64,000 nucleotides of DNA from an uncultured Gammaproteobacteria bacterium (GTDB taxonomy: Bacteria; Pseudomonadota; Gammaproteobacteria; JAKDMP01): positions 3,683-67,682 of the forward strand of contig CAZPJI010000009.1 in NCBI GenBank assembly GCA_964586925.1, read 5' to 3'. Below, one piece after another: positions 20,841 to 30,842 of this stretch. The number at the start of each line of letters is the position of its first letter. The first letter of the stretch is position 1. A model generated the notes under the pieces. The model had not been told where the DNA came from. It saw nothing but the letters and a program-made list of their open reading frames with translations, and searched no databases. Position numbers and translations under genes: made by a program.

Positions 20841-23330
20841 TTAGCCGCCTCCACCTCCGCCCCCGTACAGGCTGGGGGTTTTCTGTGACTGGCTCATCGG
20901 AGGCAGGTTGTCGCTGCGATAGATTTCCCAGATCGCATTCGGGTCACCCGCATTGCAGCGCAGGCCGGTTTTCGAGTCGATGCGGACGGTGACCAGGCCT
21001 TCGGGCATGGGAGTTGGGTTTTCCGGCACGCCTTCCAACGCCGGGCCCATGAAGCTGATCCACATGGGCAAGGCAGCACGTGCGCCGGATTCACCCGGGC
21101 CCAGTGAGTGGGGCTGATCGTAGCCGACCCAGGTCACGGTGACCAACCGCGGGCCAAAACCGTCGAACCAGGCGTTGGAGAAATCGTTGGTGGTGCCGGT
21201 CTTCCCAGCCAGATCGTCGCGGCCGAGGCTGCGTGCGGCGCGGCCCGTGCCGCTGGTGATGACACTGTGCAACATGTTTGCCATGAGATAGGCGTTCTGC
21301 GGGGGCAAAGTGCGAGGTGCAAGCCTCGGCACGTTGGTCGGCTGTGAGACCAGCACTTGTGCCGAGTGTTTGGCGGCTGCCGTCTGGCTCGCCGCCGCAA
21401 CCGCGGAGGCGGGTGAGGAGACACTCATGGGAGCACTGGGCGCGGTGGCCGCAACCGTGGCCTCCGCAGGCACGGGAGCCGTTGCGGCGGTGGAGGCCGA
21501 ACAGGGTCCGCATGCGACCCAGGGGTTGGCTTGCGCGAGAAGCGCTCCGCCCGGCCCGGTCACGCGTTGGATGTAATACGGCCGTACCAGAAAGCCCCCA
21601 TTGGCGAACACGGCATAGCCGCGAGCCATGGTGAGGGGACTGAGGCTGGCGCTACCGAGCACCAGGGTCAGGTTATGCGGCAGCTCGTCGGGCGTGAAGC
21701 CGAAGCGTCGGGCCCAGTCGATGGCCTTGTCGACGCCGATACGCTGGAGAATACGCACCGACACAATGTTGACCGAATGCACGAGCCCTTCTCGCAGGCG
21801 CATCATGCCCGAAAAGTTTTTCTCGTAATTGCGTGGGCGCCACAGGTCCGATAATTGCTGGTTGGCTACCGAGACAAAAGGCGCGTTGGATATCAGTGTG
21901 GAAGCGGTCAAGCCTTGGTTCAGGGCAGCGGAGTAGACAAAGGGTTTGAACGATGAGCCTAGTCCCCGGCGGGCCTGGATCGCCCGGTTGAATTTGCTTT
22001 GCTGAAAAGAGAAACCGCCGTCCAGCGCAACGATGGCCCCATCATAGGGATCGATGGACACCAATGCGCCCTGTACCTGCGGGATTTGCCCGAGTTCCCA
22101 GCCTGATTTGCCGTTATTTATCGCATAGACCACGTCGCCACGCTTGAGGAAGACGTCGGCCTTGTCAGCATTCCCGGCGGCCCAGTTGAGCCCTTGCCAA
22201 TCGATTTGGACAGCACCGTGGCCCTGGACGTAAGCGGCGACCGATTTGTCCTTGACCTGCGTGATCACGGCGGGTTGCAGATTGGCTACCGCCGGTGTTG
22301 TGGTGACAGCCGCCGCCAGAGTGGCCGTTTCAGGGTGGGGCGGCAGCTTGATTTGCGCCACCGGCCCGCGCCAGCCCTTCTCGCGGTCGAGGCGTTCGAG
22401 GTTGGCGACAACGGCTTTCTCCGCGGCTTTCTGCAGTTTGGCGTCGATCGTCGTGACGACCTGAAAGCCCGCGGTGTAGGCGCTTTCACCGTATTGGCTG
22501 GTGATGTAGTCACGAACCATTTCCGCTACATAGGGTGCGGACACGGTGACTTGAGGGCCGTGGGGCTTGGCCGTGATCGGGGCGGACATGGCACGCTGGT
22601 AGGCGCTTTGGTCGATATAGCCCAGATCGTGCATGCGTCCGAGCACATAGGCGCGGCGTTCGAGCGCACGCTTCGGATCGGCCAGGGGATTGAAAGCCGA
22701 GGGTGCCTTGGGCAGGCCGGCGATCATCGCCATCTGGGCCAGATCCAGTTGCCAGACCGTCTTGCCGTAATAGAGTTCAGCCGCGGCACCCACGCCGTAG
22801 GCGTGATTGCCGAGGTAAATCTTGTTCAGGTAGAGGCGCAGAATGTCTTCCTTGGACAACTCGTGCTCGATGCGCTGGGCGAGGAAGACTTCGCGGAGTT
22901 TGCGGATATAGAGCTTTTTGCGTGTGAGGAAGAAATTGCGCGCAACCTGCATGGTAATGGTGCTGGCGCCCTGTGACTTGCGCCCGGTTTCGATCAGATT
23001 GATCGCCGCACGGACCATACTGCGTGGATCGACGCCCGAGTGCTCGAAGAAACGGTCATCCTCGGCGGACATGAAAGCTTCAATCAGCAAAGGGGGGATT
23101 TGCTGGTACTCAAGCGGGATACGGTGCTTGGAACCGAATACCGCCATCAGCTTTCCGTCACGTGTGTAAATGCGCAACGGCACCTGCAGGTGAATGTCTT
23201 TGAGCACCGCCACCGACGGCAAACTGGGGACTACATACAGATAAATACCGACTAGGCCGACCAATCCGGCCAGGGACAGGGCGGCGGTGGCAATGAGGCT
23301 GTAGCGCAGTATTTGGCGGCGTCGGATCAT
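20841..23330 (-). CDS. mrcA: Penicillin-binding protein 1A (bifunctional transglycosylase/transpeptidase)
   Basis: GT51 motifs (EDDRFFEHSGVD, GASTITMQVARN) and transpeptidase SxxK (SSFKPF), SxN and KTGTT. The C-terminus ends in an unusual GGGGGGG tail. An ATG start at 23330 (MIRRRQIL) is preferred over TTG at 23348. Confidence 0.9.
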   Translation of the reverse strand: MIRRRQILRYSLIATAALSLAGLVGLVGIYLYVVPSLPSVAVLKDIHLQVPLRIYTRDGKLMAVFGSKHRIPLEYQQIPPLLIEAFMSAEDDRFFEHSGVDPRSMVRAAINLIETGRKSQGASTITMQVARNFFLTRKKLYIRKLREVFLAQRIEHELSKEDILRLYLNKIYLGNHAYGVGAAAELYYGKTVWQLDLAQMAMIAGLPKAPSAFNPLADPKRALERRAYVLGRMHDLGYIDQSAYQRAMSAPITAKPHGPQVTVSAPYVAEMVRDYITSQYGESAYTAGFQVVTTIDAKLQKAAEKAVVANLERLDREKGWRGPVAQIKLPPHPETATLAAAVTTTPAVANLQPAVITQVKDKSVAAYVQGHGAVQIDWQGLNWAAGNADKADVFLKRGDVVYAINNGKSGWELGQIPQVQGALVSIDPYDGAIVALDGGFSFQQSKFNRAIQARRGLGSSFKPFVYSAALNQGLTASTLISNAPFVSVANQQLSDLWRPRNYEKNFSGMMRLREGLVHSVNIVSVRILQRIGVDKAIDWARRFGFTPDELPHNLTLVLGSASLSPLTMARGYAVFANGGFLVRPYYIQRVTGPGGALLAQANPWVACGPCSASTAATAPVPAEATVAATAPSAPMSVSSPASAVAAASQTAAAKHSAQVLVSQPTNVPRLAPRTLPPQNAYLMANMLHSVITSGTGRAARSLGRDDLAGKTGTTNDFSNAWFDGFGPRLVTVTWVGYDQPHSLGPGESGARAALPMWISFMGPALEGVPENPTPMPEGLVTVRIDSKTGLRCNAGDPNAIWEIYRSDNLPPMSQSQKTPSLYGGGGGGG

Positions 23331-23464
23331 CGGAGGATTCCTACACAATTAATCGAATTTTGCATGACTTGCATTGACATCTTCAACCAATGCCTTATAG
23401 TTGGACATCAGGTCCCCTTGGGGTTGGGGCTCCGCATGGTGCGGGGCCAAGAGAGAATCAGATT

Positions 23465-24526
23465 ATGGCACGTAAACCACGAACCAAACCTGTGCTCGGC
23501 TTGGACATCAGTACCTCCTCGGTAAAGGTGGTAGAACTGGCCAAGGCCGGCTCATCCTATCGTGCGCAGACCTATGCGGTCGAGCCGATGCCTGACAATG
23601 CCATTGTCGACAAAGTCATCGTGAATATCGAGGGCGTCGGCGAAGCTGTGCGCCGTGCTTACAAGCGCTCGCGCAGCCGCCTCAAGGACGCGGCGATCGC
23701 TATCGGCGGGGCAACAGTCATCACCAAGACCGTACAGATTCCCAAGGGTCTGAACGCGCGCGAGCAGACGGAACAAATCGAATTGATGCTGCCGCGCATC
23801 ATTCCATTCGCGCTCGAAGAAGTGTCCTATGACTTCGAGGAGATTGGTCCTTCCGCAAGCGACGAGAACAGCACGGATATCCTGCTGGTGGCCACCCGGC
23901 GCGACAATGTTGAGCATCGCCAGGCCGTGCTCGAGGTTGCGGGCCTGAAGGCCGCCATAGTGGATTGCGAAGTCTTCGCGCTGGAGAATGCCTACAAATT
24001 ACTGGACGATGCGGTAAACGATAAAGATGAGGACAATGTTGTTGCCCTAGTCGACTTCGGCTCTGCAACCACGTCTTTCAGCGTGTTTGAAAACGGGCGC
24101 ATCATTTATACCCGCGACCAGGCATTTGGCGGCAGGCAACTGACAGACGCGATCATGCAGCGCTACAACCTCTCGTACGAGGATGCCGGACGCGCCAAGA
24201 GGCGCGGAGGACTGCCCGAGTCTTATCATGAAGAAGTCCTGGTGCCTTTCATCAACGACATGGCCCAGCAGGTCAACCGGGCACTGCAATTTTTCTATGC
24301 GGCGACTACCGAGCATACGAAGGTCAAGCAGGTTTTCATTTGCGGCGGCTGCGCATCGATTCCCGAGGCAGCTGAGCACATCGGCGAAAGACTGGACTTG
24401 CCGACCCGAGTTGCCAATCCGTTCACATCGCTCAAGCTGACAGGCCGCGCCCAGGCACAGGGTATCGAACAGGATGCGCCGGGGCTGATGGTTGCGTGCG
24501 GCTTGGCCATGAGGAGTTTCAGCTGA
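23465..24526 (+). CDS. pilM: Type IV pilus assembly protein PilM (actin-like ATPase fold)
   Basis: MARKPRTKPVLGLDISTSSVKVVEL is the PilM N-terminus. It is divergent from mrcA, the classic ponA/pilMNOPQ arrangement. Confidence 0.9.
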   Translation: MARKPRTKPVLGLDISTSSVKVVELAKAGSSYRAQTYAVEPMPDNAIVDKVIVNIEGVGEAVRRAYKRSRSRLKDAAIAIGGATVITKTVQIPKGLNAREQTEQIELMLPRIIPFALEEVSYDFEEIGPSASDENSTDILLVATRRDNVEHRQAVLEVAGLKAAIVDCEVFALENAYKLLDDAVNDKDEDNVVALVDFGSATTSFSVFENGRIIYTRDQAFGGRQLTDAIMQRYNLSYEDAGRAKRRGGLPESYHEEVLVPFINDMAQQVNRALQFFYAATTEHTKVKQVFICGGCASIPEAAEHIGERLDLPTRVANPFTSLKLTGRAQAQGIEQDAPGLMVACGLAMRSFS

Positions 24527-25107
24527 TGGCGCGCATAAACCTATTGCCTTGGCGTGAATGGGAGAACAGCCAGCGGCGCCAGCGTTTTTTGCTCTCGCTG
24601 GTGCTTTCGCTGGTCGTGGGTATCGTGATTATTGTGTGGGGGACGTTCATGGTAGGCGGTGCCATGAGTATTCAGCAGGGTCGCAACGCCTACCTGCGCC
24701 AGCAGCTTGCTCAGCTGGATCAGAAGATCAAGACGATCAAGGATCTCAAGAAGGAGCGCGAGTCGCTTTTGCGGCGCATGCGGGTGATCGAGAAGCTGGA
24801 GCAAAGCCGCTCGCAGGTGGTTCATTTGTTTGACCAGCTTACCCGCACGGTTCCGGACAGCGTTTATCTCACCGGGTTGAGAAACCATGATGGCGTATTG
24901 TCGATAGACGGCGTGGCCCAATCACCTGCCGGCGTCTCCACATACATGCAGAATATTGCACACTCGCCGTGGTTGGGCGATCCTAATCTGACGGTGGTCC
25001 GCACGCAAAGCGAGGGCAAACTGAGCCGCAGTGAATTCACTGTGACAACCAAACTGATACAGCCATCCGACAAGAAAGGCAAAGATGCCGATGGAGGTGG
25101 GTCATGA
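24526..25107 (+). CDS. pilN: Type IV pilus assembly protein PilN
   Basis: MARINLLPWRE is the conserved PilN N-terminus. One TM segment. The start overlaps the pilM stop. Confidence 0.85.
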   Translation: MARINLLPWREWENSQRRQRFLLSLVLSLVVGIVIIVWGTFMVGGAMSIQQGRNAYLRQQLAQLDQKIKTIKDLKKERESLLRRMRVIEKLEQSRSQVVHLFDQLTRTVPDSVYLTGLRNHDGVLSIDGVAQSPAGVSTYMQNIAHSPWLGDPNLTVVRTQSEGKLSRSEFTVTTKLIQPSDKKGKDADGGGS

Positions 25108-25742
25108 ATTTTCAGGACCTGAACAATCTCGATCTGCGTGATATCAATTTCTCCAATGTCGGAGAATGGCCCTTGGCAGGGCGTCTATTCGTAATGGCAA
25201 TAATTGTGGTCATCGTACTTGCGATCGGCTACTTTCTGGTCATACGCGGCAAACTGGAAGACCTCCACTATGCGCAGCAAGAGGAAGTGTCGCTCAAGCA
25301 GAAATTCGAAGCCAAGCAGCGCCTGGCGGCCAATCTCGATGCCTACAAGGCGCAGCTTGCCCAGATGCACAAGGATTTTGGTGCTCTTCTGAGGCAATTG
25401 CCCAGCAAGACGGAAATCGAGGCGCTGTTACGCGATGTGTCCCAGACTGCGCAGGAAGACGGTCTGGCACAGCAACTGTTTCAACCCGGCAAGGAACAGC
25501 GCAAAGGCTTTTATGCCTACAAGCCGATTTCGATGGGCTACCGGGGCAGCTATCAACAGATCGCCAAGTTTGTGAGCGATGTCTCGTCGTTGCCCCGTAT
25601 CGTCACCGTGCGTAATTTCGAGATGGCGCCCATCAAGAAAGACGATGGTAGCGAGCTGAATTTCTCCGTCACCGCCTATACCTACCGCTACCTCAGCGAA
25701 GGCGGTGTGGTCGTGAATAAAGGACGGAGGGGTAGACGATGA
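25104..25742 (+). CDS. pilO: Type IV pilus assembly protein PilO
   Basis: Position in the operon, a single N-terminal TM segment, a coiled coil, and ATGA coupling to pilN. Confidence 0.8.
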   Translation: MNFQDLNNLDLRDINFSNVGEWPLAGRLFVMAIIVVIVLAIGYFLVIRGKLEDLHYAQQEEVSLKQKFEAKQRLAANLDAYKAQLAQMHKDFGALLRQLPSKTEIEALLRDVSQTAQEDGLAQQLFQPGKEQRKGFYAYKPISMGYRGSYQQIAKFVSDVSSLPRIVTVRNFEMAPIKKDDGSELNFSVTAYTYRYLSEGGVVVNKGRRGRR

Positions 25743-26254
25743 ATGCCGCGAGCATGCGTCGTGTGGCCGTGTGTTTGGCCATATTTTGTGCCCTGCCACT
25801 TGCGGGCTGTGGGGATCAGGCTGCCCTGCAAGCCTGGGTGGCGCACGTCAAGGCGCGTCCGGGCGGAAGAATAGCACCGGTACCCAAGCCAAAACCCTAC
25901 GAGGGTTATATCTACTCGGCGGGTGGGCTGCGGTCGCCGTTCATTCCTTCATCCAAGCCGGATAACAGTGTTCGTCCCAATGCTCACAAAAAACAGTTCC
26001 TGGAGCAGTTCCCACTGGATTCATTGAAGCTGGTGGGTGAGATTCAAATCAACGGCACCAACTACGCATTGATCGAAGACCCGCAGGGGTTGGTCCACAA
26101 GGTCACTAAAGGTAATTACATGGGGCAGAACAACGGCCGCATCACGGCGATTCTGCCGAACGGGATCAGGTTGACTGAAATTGTGCCCAATGGCAGCGGC
26201 GGGTGGCTCAAGCGCCCCGCGTCGCTCTCGCTGGCACAAAAGTCTGGAGGCTAA
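25739..26254 (+). CDS. pilP: Type IV pilus assembly lipoprotein PilP
   Basis: Lipobox LAGC, a size of 171 aa, and position between pilO and pilQ. Confidence 0.8.
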   Translation: MNAASMRRVAVCLAIFCALPLAGCGDQAALQAWVAHVKARPGGRIAPVPKPKPYEGYIYSAGGLRSPFIPSSKPDNSVRPNAHKKQFLEQFPLDSLKLVGEIQINGTNYALIEDPQGLVHKVTKGNYMGQNNGRITAILPNGIRLTEIVPNGSGGWLKRPASLSLAQKSGG

Positions 26255-26257
26255 ATA

Positions 26258-28402
26258 ATGAAACACCATGCATACAAAGGCTTGATGGCAGCTACCCTGG
26301 CTGCGGCGTTTATCGGCTTTGCAGTAGGGCAGGCGCAGGCCGATCAGACACGGTCCCTGACATCTGTCAAGACAGTCACTCTGCCAAGCGGTGCCGTCGA
26401 GGTCGACATGACGCTCAACCAGGCGGCTCCCAAGCCCCTTTCGTTCAGCGTTGACCATCCGGCCATGATAGTGCTTGATCTTCCGGGTACCGGTGTGGGG
26501 CTCTCGCAGAACCAGAAGATGTTCAACGTGGGCGATCTGACCAGCGTGCAGGTGGCGGCAACCAGTAGCCGCACTCGCGTCGTGCTCAATCTGCAGTCGA
26601 TGACCGCCTACAAAACGCGTATCGACGGCAATCATGTTTACGTAACCCTCGGCGGTGGCAAGAGCCAGATGGCCAGCAACAAGATGAATGCCGGGGAGAA
26701 TACTTTTGGGCCCAAGTCGGGCAGTTCATCCGGTGCCCGCCAACAAGTGACCGGCACGGACTTGACCGGTGTCCATTTCCATCGCATGCCTGACGGAGGT
26801 GGCCGTGTTGAGATTGGTCTGCCGGGTCCGGACGTCAGCGGGAACGTCAACCAGGTAGGCGATCGCATCACGGTGCATTTCCCCGGTGCTACCGTTCCGA
26901 AGAAATTGGAAGAAAGTCTGGGGGTAAGCGACTTCGCGACCCCGGTATCCACCATCACAACCCGCAACACGCCCAATGGCGCGGAGGTCGTGATCAAGGG
27001 TTCGGGCAACTTCACCCAGATGGCTTTCCAGGCCAACAACACTTTTGCGGTCGAATTGAAGCCGGTCACGCTCGCCCAGCAAGCCACTGCGCTGAAGCAG
27101 TACAAGGGCAAGAAGCTGACCTTGAACTTCCAGAACATACCGGTGCGTTCGGTACTGCAGATTCTTGCCGATTTCACCGGCAAGAATATCGTCGTATCCG
27201 GCAATGTAGGCGGTAATATTACGCTGCGCTTGCACGATGTTCCCTGGGACGAGGCGCTGCACATCATTCTCCAGACACAGGGTCTGGCCATGCGCCAGAG
27301 CAATGACGTCATCATGGTGGCCCCGGCATCGGTTTTTGCCAGCCAGGAACAGAGTCAACTGGAAGCGAGAAACCAGATTGAAAAACTGGTACCGCTGTCC
27401 ACGGCCTATATCCAGGTGAACTACGCCAAGGCGGGAGACCTGGCTGATTTGATCAAGTCGCAGAAAACTTCCTTGCTTTCGCCCCGTGGCTCCATAACGA
27501 CCGATGCGCGTACGAATACCCTGATTGTTCAGGACACCAATGAGCACATCGACCAGGTGCGCAAGCTCGTGCATGTGCTAGACATTCCAGTGAAGCAGGT
27601 GCTTATCGAATCCCGCATCGTAGTTGCCAGTAATACCTATCAGGAGTCGCTCGGTGCGCGCTTCGGCATTACAGGCGTACAGACTGGTGCCAACAGCACT
27701 ATTGCGACGACCGGGAGCTTGACCGGTACCCAGCAGATGCTGAACGGGCAGTCTGCCGGTTCGCCCGGACCCTACCCGACGCCGACAAACCTTAATGATT
27801 TGCTGAACGTAAATCTGCCGGCCTCCAACGCTGGCGGGTCGGTAGGCCAGCTTGCGGTCGCGATACTCAACCACAATTTTGAAGTGGATCTGGAGCTTTC
27901 GGCGCTCCAGGCGGAAGGAAAAGGCGAGGTGGTATCCAGTCCGCACGTGATTACGGCCAATCAGCAGCAGGCCCATATCGAGCAAGGTGTGGAGATTCCC
28001 TATCAGAATGCGGCATCCAGCGGTGCCACGACGGTTCAGTTCAAGAAGGCCGTTTTGAGCCTCGACGTGACGCCACAGATCACGCCGGACAACCGGATAA
28101 TGATGAAAATCGAGGTTCGCAAAGATAACGTGGGTCAGACGGTGCAAACCGCCAATGGTGGTTCGGTGCCCAGTATCGACACGCGCCGGGTCAACACGCA
28201 GGTGCTTGTTGATAATGGCGATACTGTGGTGTTGGGCGGCATTTACGAGACTAATGTGACGAACTCTGTTAGCAAAGTCCCGCTGCTGGGCGATATCCCC
28301 TTGCTGGGCTTCCTCTTCCGTCAGAAGTCGAAGACCAACAATAAGGACGAGCTGCTGATTTTCGTTACACCCAAGATACTTGCTGACAGCTTGAGCCAGT
28401 AA
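26258..28402 (+). CDS. pilQ: Type IV pilus secretin PilQ
   Basis: 714 aa. AMIN, N0/N1 and a C-terminal secretin domain (VLVDNGDTVVLGGI...VPLLGDIPLLGFLFR). Confidence 0.9.
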   Translation: MKHHAYKGLMAATLAAAFIGFAVGQAQADQTRSLTSVKTVTLPSGAVEVDMTLNQAAPKPLSFSVDHPAMIVLDLPGTGVGLSQNQKMFNVGDLTSVQVAATSSRTRVVLNLQSMTAYKTRIDGNHVYVTLGGGKSQMASNKMNAGENTFGPKSGSSSGARQQVTGTDLTGVHFHRMPDGGGRVEIGLPGPDVSGNVNQVGDRITVHFPGATVPKKLEESLGVSDFATPVSTITTRNTPNGAEVVIKGSGNFTQMAFQANNTFAVELKPVTLAQQATALKQYKGKKLTLNFQNIPVRSVLQILADFTGKNIVVSGNVGGNITLRLHDVPWDEALHIILQTQGLAMRQSNDVIMVAPASVFASQEQSQLEARNQIEKLVPLSTAYIQVNYAKAGDLADLIKSQKTSLLSPRGSITTDARTNTLIVQDTNEHIDQVRKLVHVLDIPVKQVLIESRIVVASNTYQESLGARFGITGVQTGANSTIATTGSLTGTQQMLNGQSAGSPGPYPTPTNLNDLLNVNLPASNAGGSVGQLAVAILNHNFEVDLELSALQAEGKGEVVSSPHVITANQQQAHIEQGVEIPYQNAASSGATTVQFKKAVLSLDVTPQITPDNRIMMKIEVRKDNVGQTVQTANGGSVPSIDTRRVNTQVLVDNGDTVVLGGIYETNVTNSVSKVPLLGDIPLLGFLFRQKSKTNNKDELLIFVTPKILADSLSQ

Positions 28403-28437
28403 TTACGAATACGAGCCGGGTTCTCGAAGGGGTAGTT

Positions 28438-30168
28438 ATGAAAAAGAAATTTGCATTGATCGCAGTATGCAGCTTGGTTTTCACCCTCGCGGGCTGCGGT
28501 GGCAACAGTTCCTCGCTGGGTAGCGGCGGTAGCAGTAGCGGCGGTACCGGGACCGGTGGTGGCGGTTCGTCCGGTGGTCCCGTCGAATTCGGCAGCGGCA
28601 GCGGCTCCAGTTTTGTCCAGGGCGTACTGGGCGTGTCTGTGCCCAGTCTTTCGGCCGGCGGTTCGACCACGATTTCCGCTTCGTTACAGAACTCCGATGG
28701 TACTCCTTACACCACTTCGGCGACGGTGACGTTCACTTCACCGTGCTACCAGAACGGGTTGGCCACTTTTTCCAGTAACGGCACGACTACGAACAGCGTC
28801 AGCACGAGTACTGGCCAGGCCAATATTACCTACACAGCCCAGGGTTGTAGTGGCAGCGATACCATCACAGCCACGACCTCGGCGGGGGGGATTAATTTGA
28901 CCGCCGTGGGGACGGTGACCGTAGCCGGCGCGTCAGCCGGCTCGATCCAATTCGTGTCCGCAAACCCGGCCACCATTTCCCTCCAAGGTGGTGGCGGGCA
29001 GACCACCTCAACGGTCATTTTCAAGGTCTCGGATGCCTCGGGTAGCCCTGTGCCCAACGTTAAGGTCCAGTTTTCCCCGAATACCACGGTAGGAGGCATC
29101 GTACTGACCCCCACGAGTGCCACGACAAACAATTCCGGCCAGGTGCAGACCGTGCTCCAGGCCGGCACCCAGCACACAACGGTACGTATAACCGCCCAGA
29201 CTACGAATCAGGCGGGCACTACGATTTCCACCCAGTCGCCCGGCATCGACATCAGTACGGGGATTCCCACCGAGAAGAATTTCTCGCTCTCCATCAGCAA
29301 GCACAATGTCGAGGGCTTCGACTATGATGGCGTGACCGACACCGTGACGGTACTCCTGGCGGACCGTTTCAATAACCCGGTTCCTGACGGCACTGCGGTG
29401 TCGTTCACGACCAATGGCGGACATATTGATCCCTCCTGCACGACAACGAACGGCACTTGTTCGGTGACCTGGACCAGTGCTAATCCCAGGCCTTCGGGCT
29501 CCGGCCTCTCCGTGCTGGGGCACGCGGAAATCCTGGCTTACACTACGGGCGAAGAGAGTTTCACGGATGCCAACGGTGATGGCGTATTCGACGATAACGA
29601 CCAATTCAGTCTCTATACCGGATCGGGCGACAACTTCTTTGGTCCGCCTGCGCAGGACGACATCGGCGAAGTTTACCTGGACCAGGATGAGTCCGGGTCA
29701 TATAAGACCGGCGACTATTTCTTCGACTTTAATCAGGACGGTGTCAGGAATGGGCCGGACGGTAAATACCATGGCCAAGGATGCGTGGGCACGGCCACGG
29801 TTCAATGCGGCACATCCACCCTGGGTATTGGCGAACAGAGCTGCATCGTGATGTCCGGATCGAATCTGTTCATATCCGGTCCGACCAGCTTGAGCGTTGG
29901 CCAGACGGCCACCTATACGATCACGGACGAGAATGGCAATGTCCCTGCCGTCGGTACGGGGCTGGGGATAAATTCCAGTGGTCCCTCGGTAACCATTCTT
30001 CAGACGTCAGTACCGGATATCGGTTGCGGCAGCTCTCCGCCAGGCTCCGGAGTTTACTCCTTCCAAGTTTCAGTGTCTTCTACGTCAGCTACGGGCAGCT
30101 TCCTAATCAAAGCGACGGACCCCGTCTCGGGAACGGTAAGCTACAGCCTACCGATTCAGGTCAACTAA
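28438..30168 (+). CDS. Large surface lipoprotein with tandem bacterial Ig-like (Big/invasin-like) domains
   Basis: Lipoprotein signal MKKKFALIAVCSLVFTLAGC followed by a G/S-rich linker. Repeated ~90-aa beta-rich modules (TxTAxxxxG..ITAxT motifs) resemble Big_1-type domains. It is inserted between pilQ and aroK. Confidence 0.7.
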   Translation: MKKKFALIAVCSLVFTLAGCGGNSSSLGSGGSSSGGTGTGGGGSSGGPVEFGSGSGSSFVQGVLGVSVPSLSAGGSTTISASLQNSDGTPYTTSATVTFTSPCYQNGLATFSSNGTTTNSVSTSTGQANITYTAQGCSGSDTITATTSAGGINLTAVGTVTVAGASAGSIQFVSANPATISLQGGGGQTTSTVIFKVSDASGSPVPNVKVQFSPNTTVGGIVLTPTSATTNNSGQVQTVLQAGTQHTTVRITAQTTNQAGTTISTQSPGIDISTGIPTEKNFSLSISKHNVEGFDYDGVTDTVTVLLADRFNNPVPDGTAVSFTTNGGHIDPSCTTTNGTCSVTWTSANPRPSGSGLSVLGHAEILAYTTGEESFTDANGDGVFDDNDQFSLYTGSGDNFFGPPAQDDIGEVYLDQDESGSYKTGDYFFDFNQDGVRNGPDGKYHGQGCVGTATVQCGTSTLGIGEQSCIVMSGSNLFISGPTSLSVGQTATYTITDENGNVPAVGTGLGINSSGPSVTILQTSVPDIGCGSSPPGSGVYSFQVSVSSTSATGSFLIKATDPVSGTVSYSLPIQVN

Positions 30169-30176
30169 TTGATGGT

Positions 30177-30209
30177 GAACGGGTGTCCGCCTATGTTGGA
30201 CACCCGTTC
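30177..30209 (+). terminator. Perfect 12-bp stem hairpin (GAACGGGTGTCC-N9-GGACACCCGTTC) immediately downstream of the Ig-like lipoprotein gene
   Basis: Seen directly in the sequence. No U-tract follows, so this is either a rho-dependent/stability element or a regulatory hairpin ahead of aroK. Confidence 0.45.
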
Positions 30210-30306
30210 AAGGCACTGCCGAAAATCCGGGTTGCCTCCACACGACCCGATTGACTCCATCCATCTGGATGTCTCATAGCCGGGCTCGTGGAAAAAATAA
30301 TTCTTT

Positions 30307-30828
30307 ATGCCGTTCAAAGGAAATGAATCGATAGCGCTCGTTGGTTTGCCGGGGAGCGGCAAGTCGCGTGTGGGCGAATTGGTGGCTGAACGTCTCGGCT
30401 GGGTCTTTGCCGATACCGACTGCATCATCGAGACCCGAACTGCAATGACCATCGGCGAGCTCGTGGCGACCGAAGGATGGACGTGTTTTCGTAGTCATGA
30501 GCGGCAGGTGCTCGCAGAGCAATTGCAGCAGGAGCGTATCGTTATCGCTACCGGTGGGGGGGTTGTCGAATCACCGGAGAACCGCATGGCCATGAAGGCC
30601 GCCGGGCTGGTCTTCTGGCTGCAGGCGCCTTCAAAGCTCCTGCTGGAGAGGTTGGCGCGGGATACCACGAAACGACCGCTGTTGAGCGGTTCGACAGCAG
30701 AGCGGTTGGCGGAACTGGTAGGACGACGTGAGCCTTTGTATGCGGCTATCGCCGACCATCGAATCGATACCGGTGAGCTGGACGAAACCGCGGTTGCGGA
30801 TATGATTGCAGCTATCGCGCACCAGTAA
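30307..30828 (+). CDS. aroK: Shikimate kinase
   Basis: Walker A (GLPGSGKSRVG), 173 aa. Confidence 0.9.
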   Translation: MPFKGNESIALVGLPGSGKSRVGELVAERLGWVFADTDCIIETRTAMTIGELVATEGWTCFRSHERQVLAEQLQQERIVIATGGGVVESPENRMAMKAAGLVFWLQAPSKLLLERLARDTTKRPLLSGSTAERLAELVGRREPLYAAIADHRIDTGELDETAVADMIAAIAHQ

Positions 30829-30842
30829 CAGGAGCAGACACG

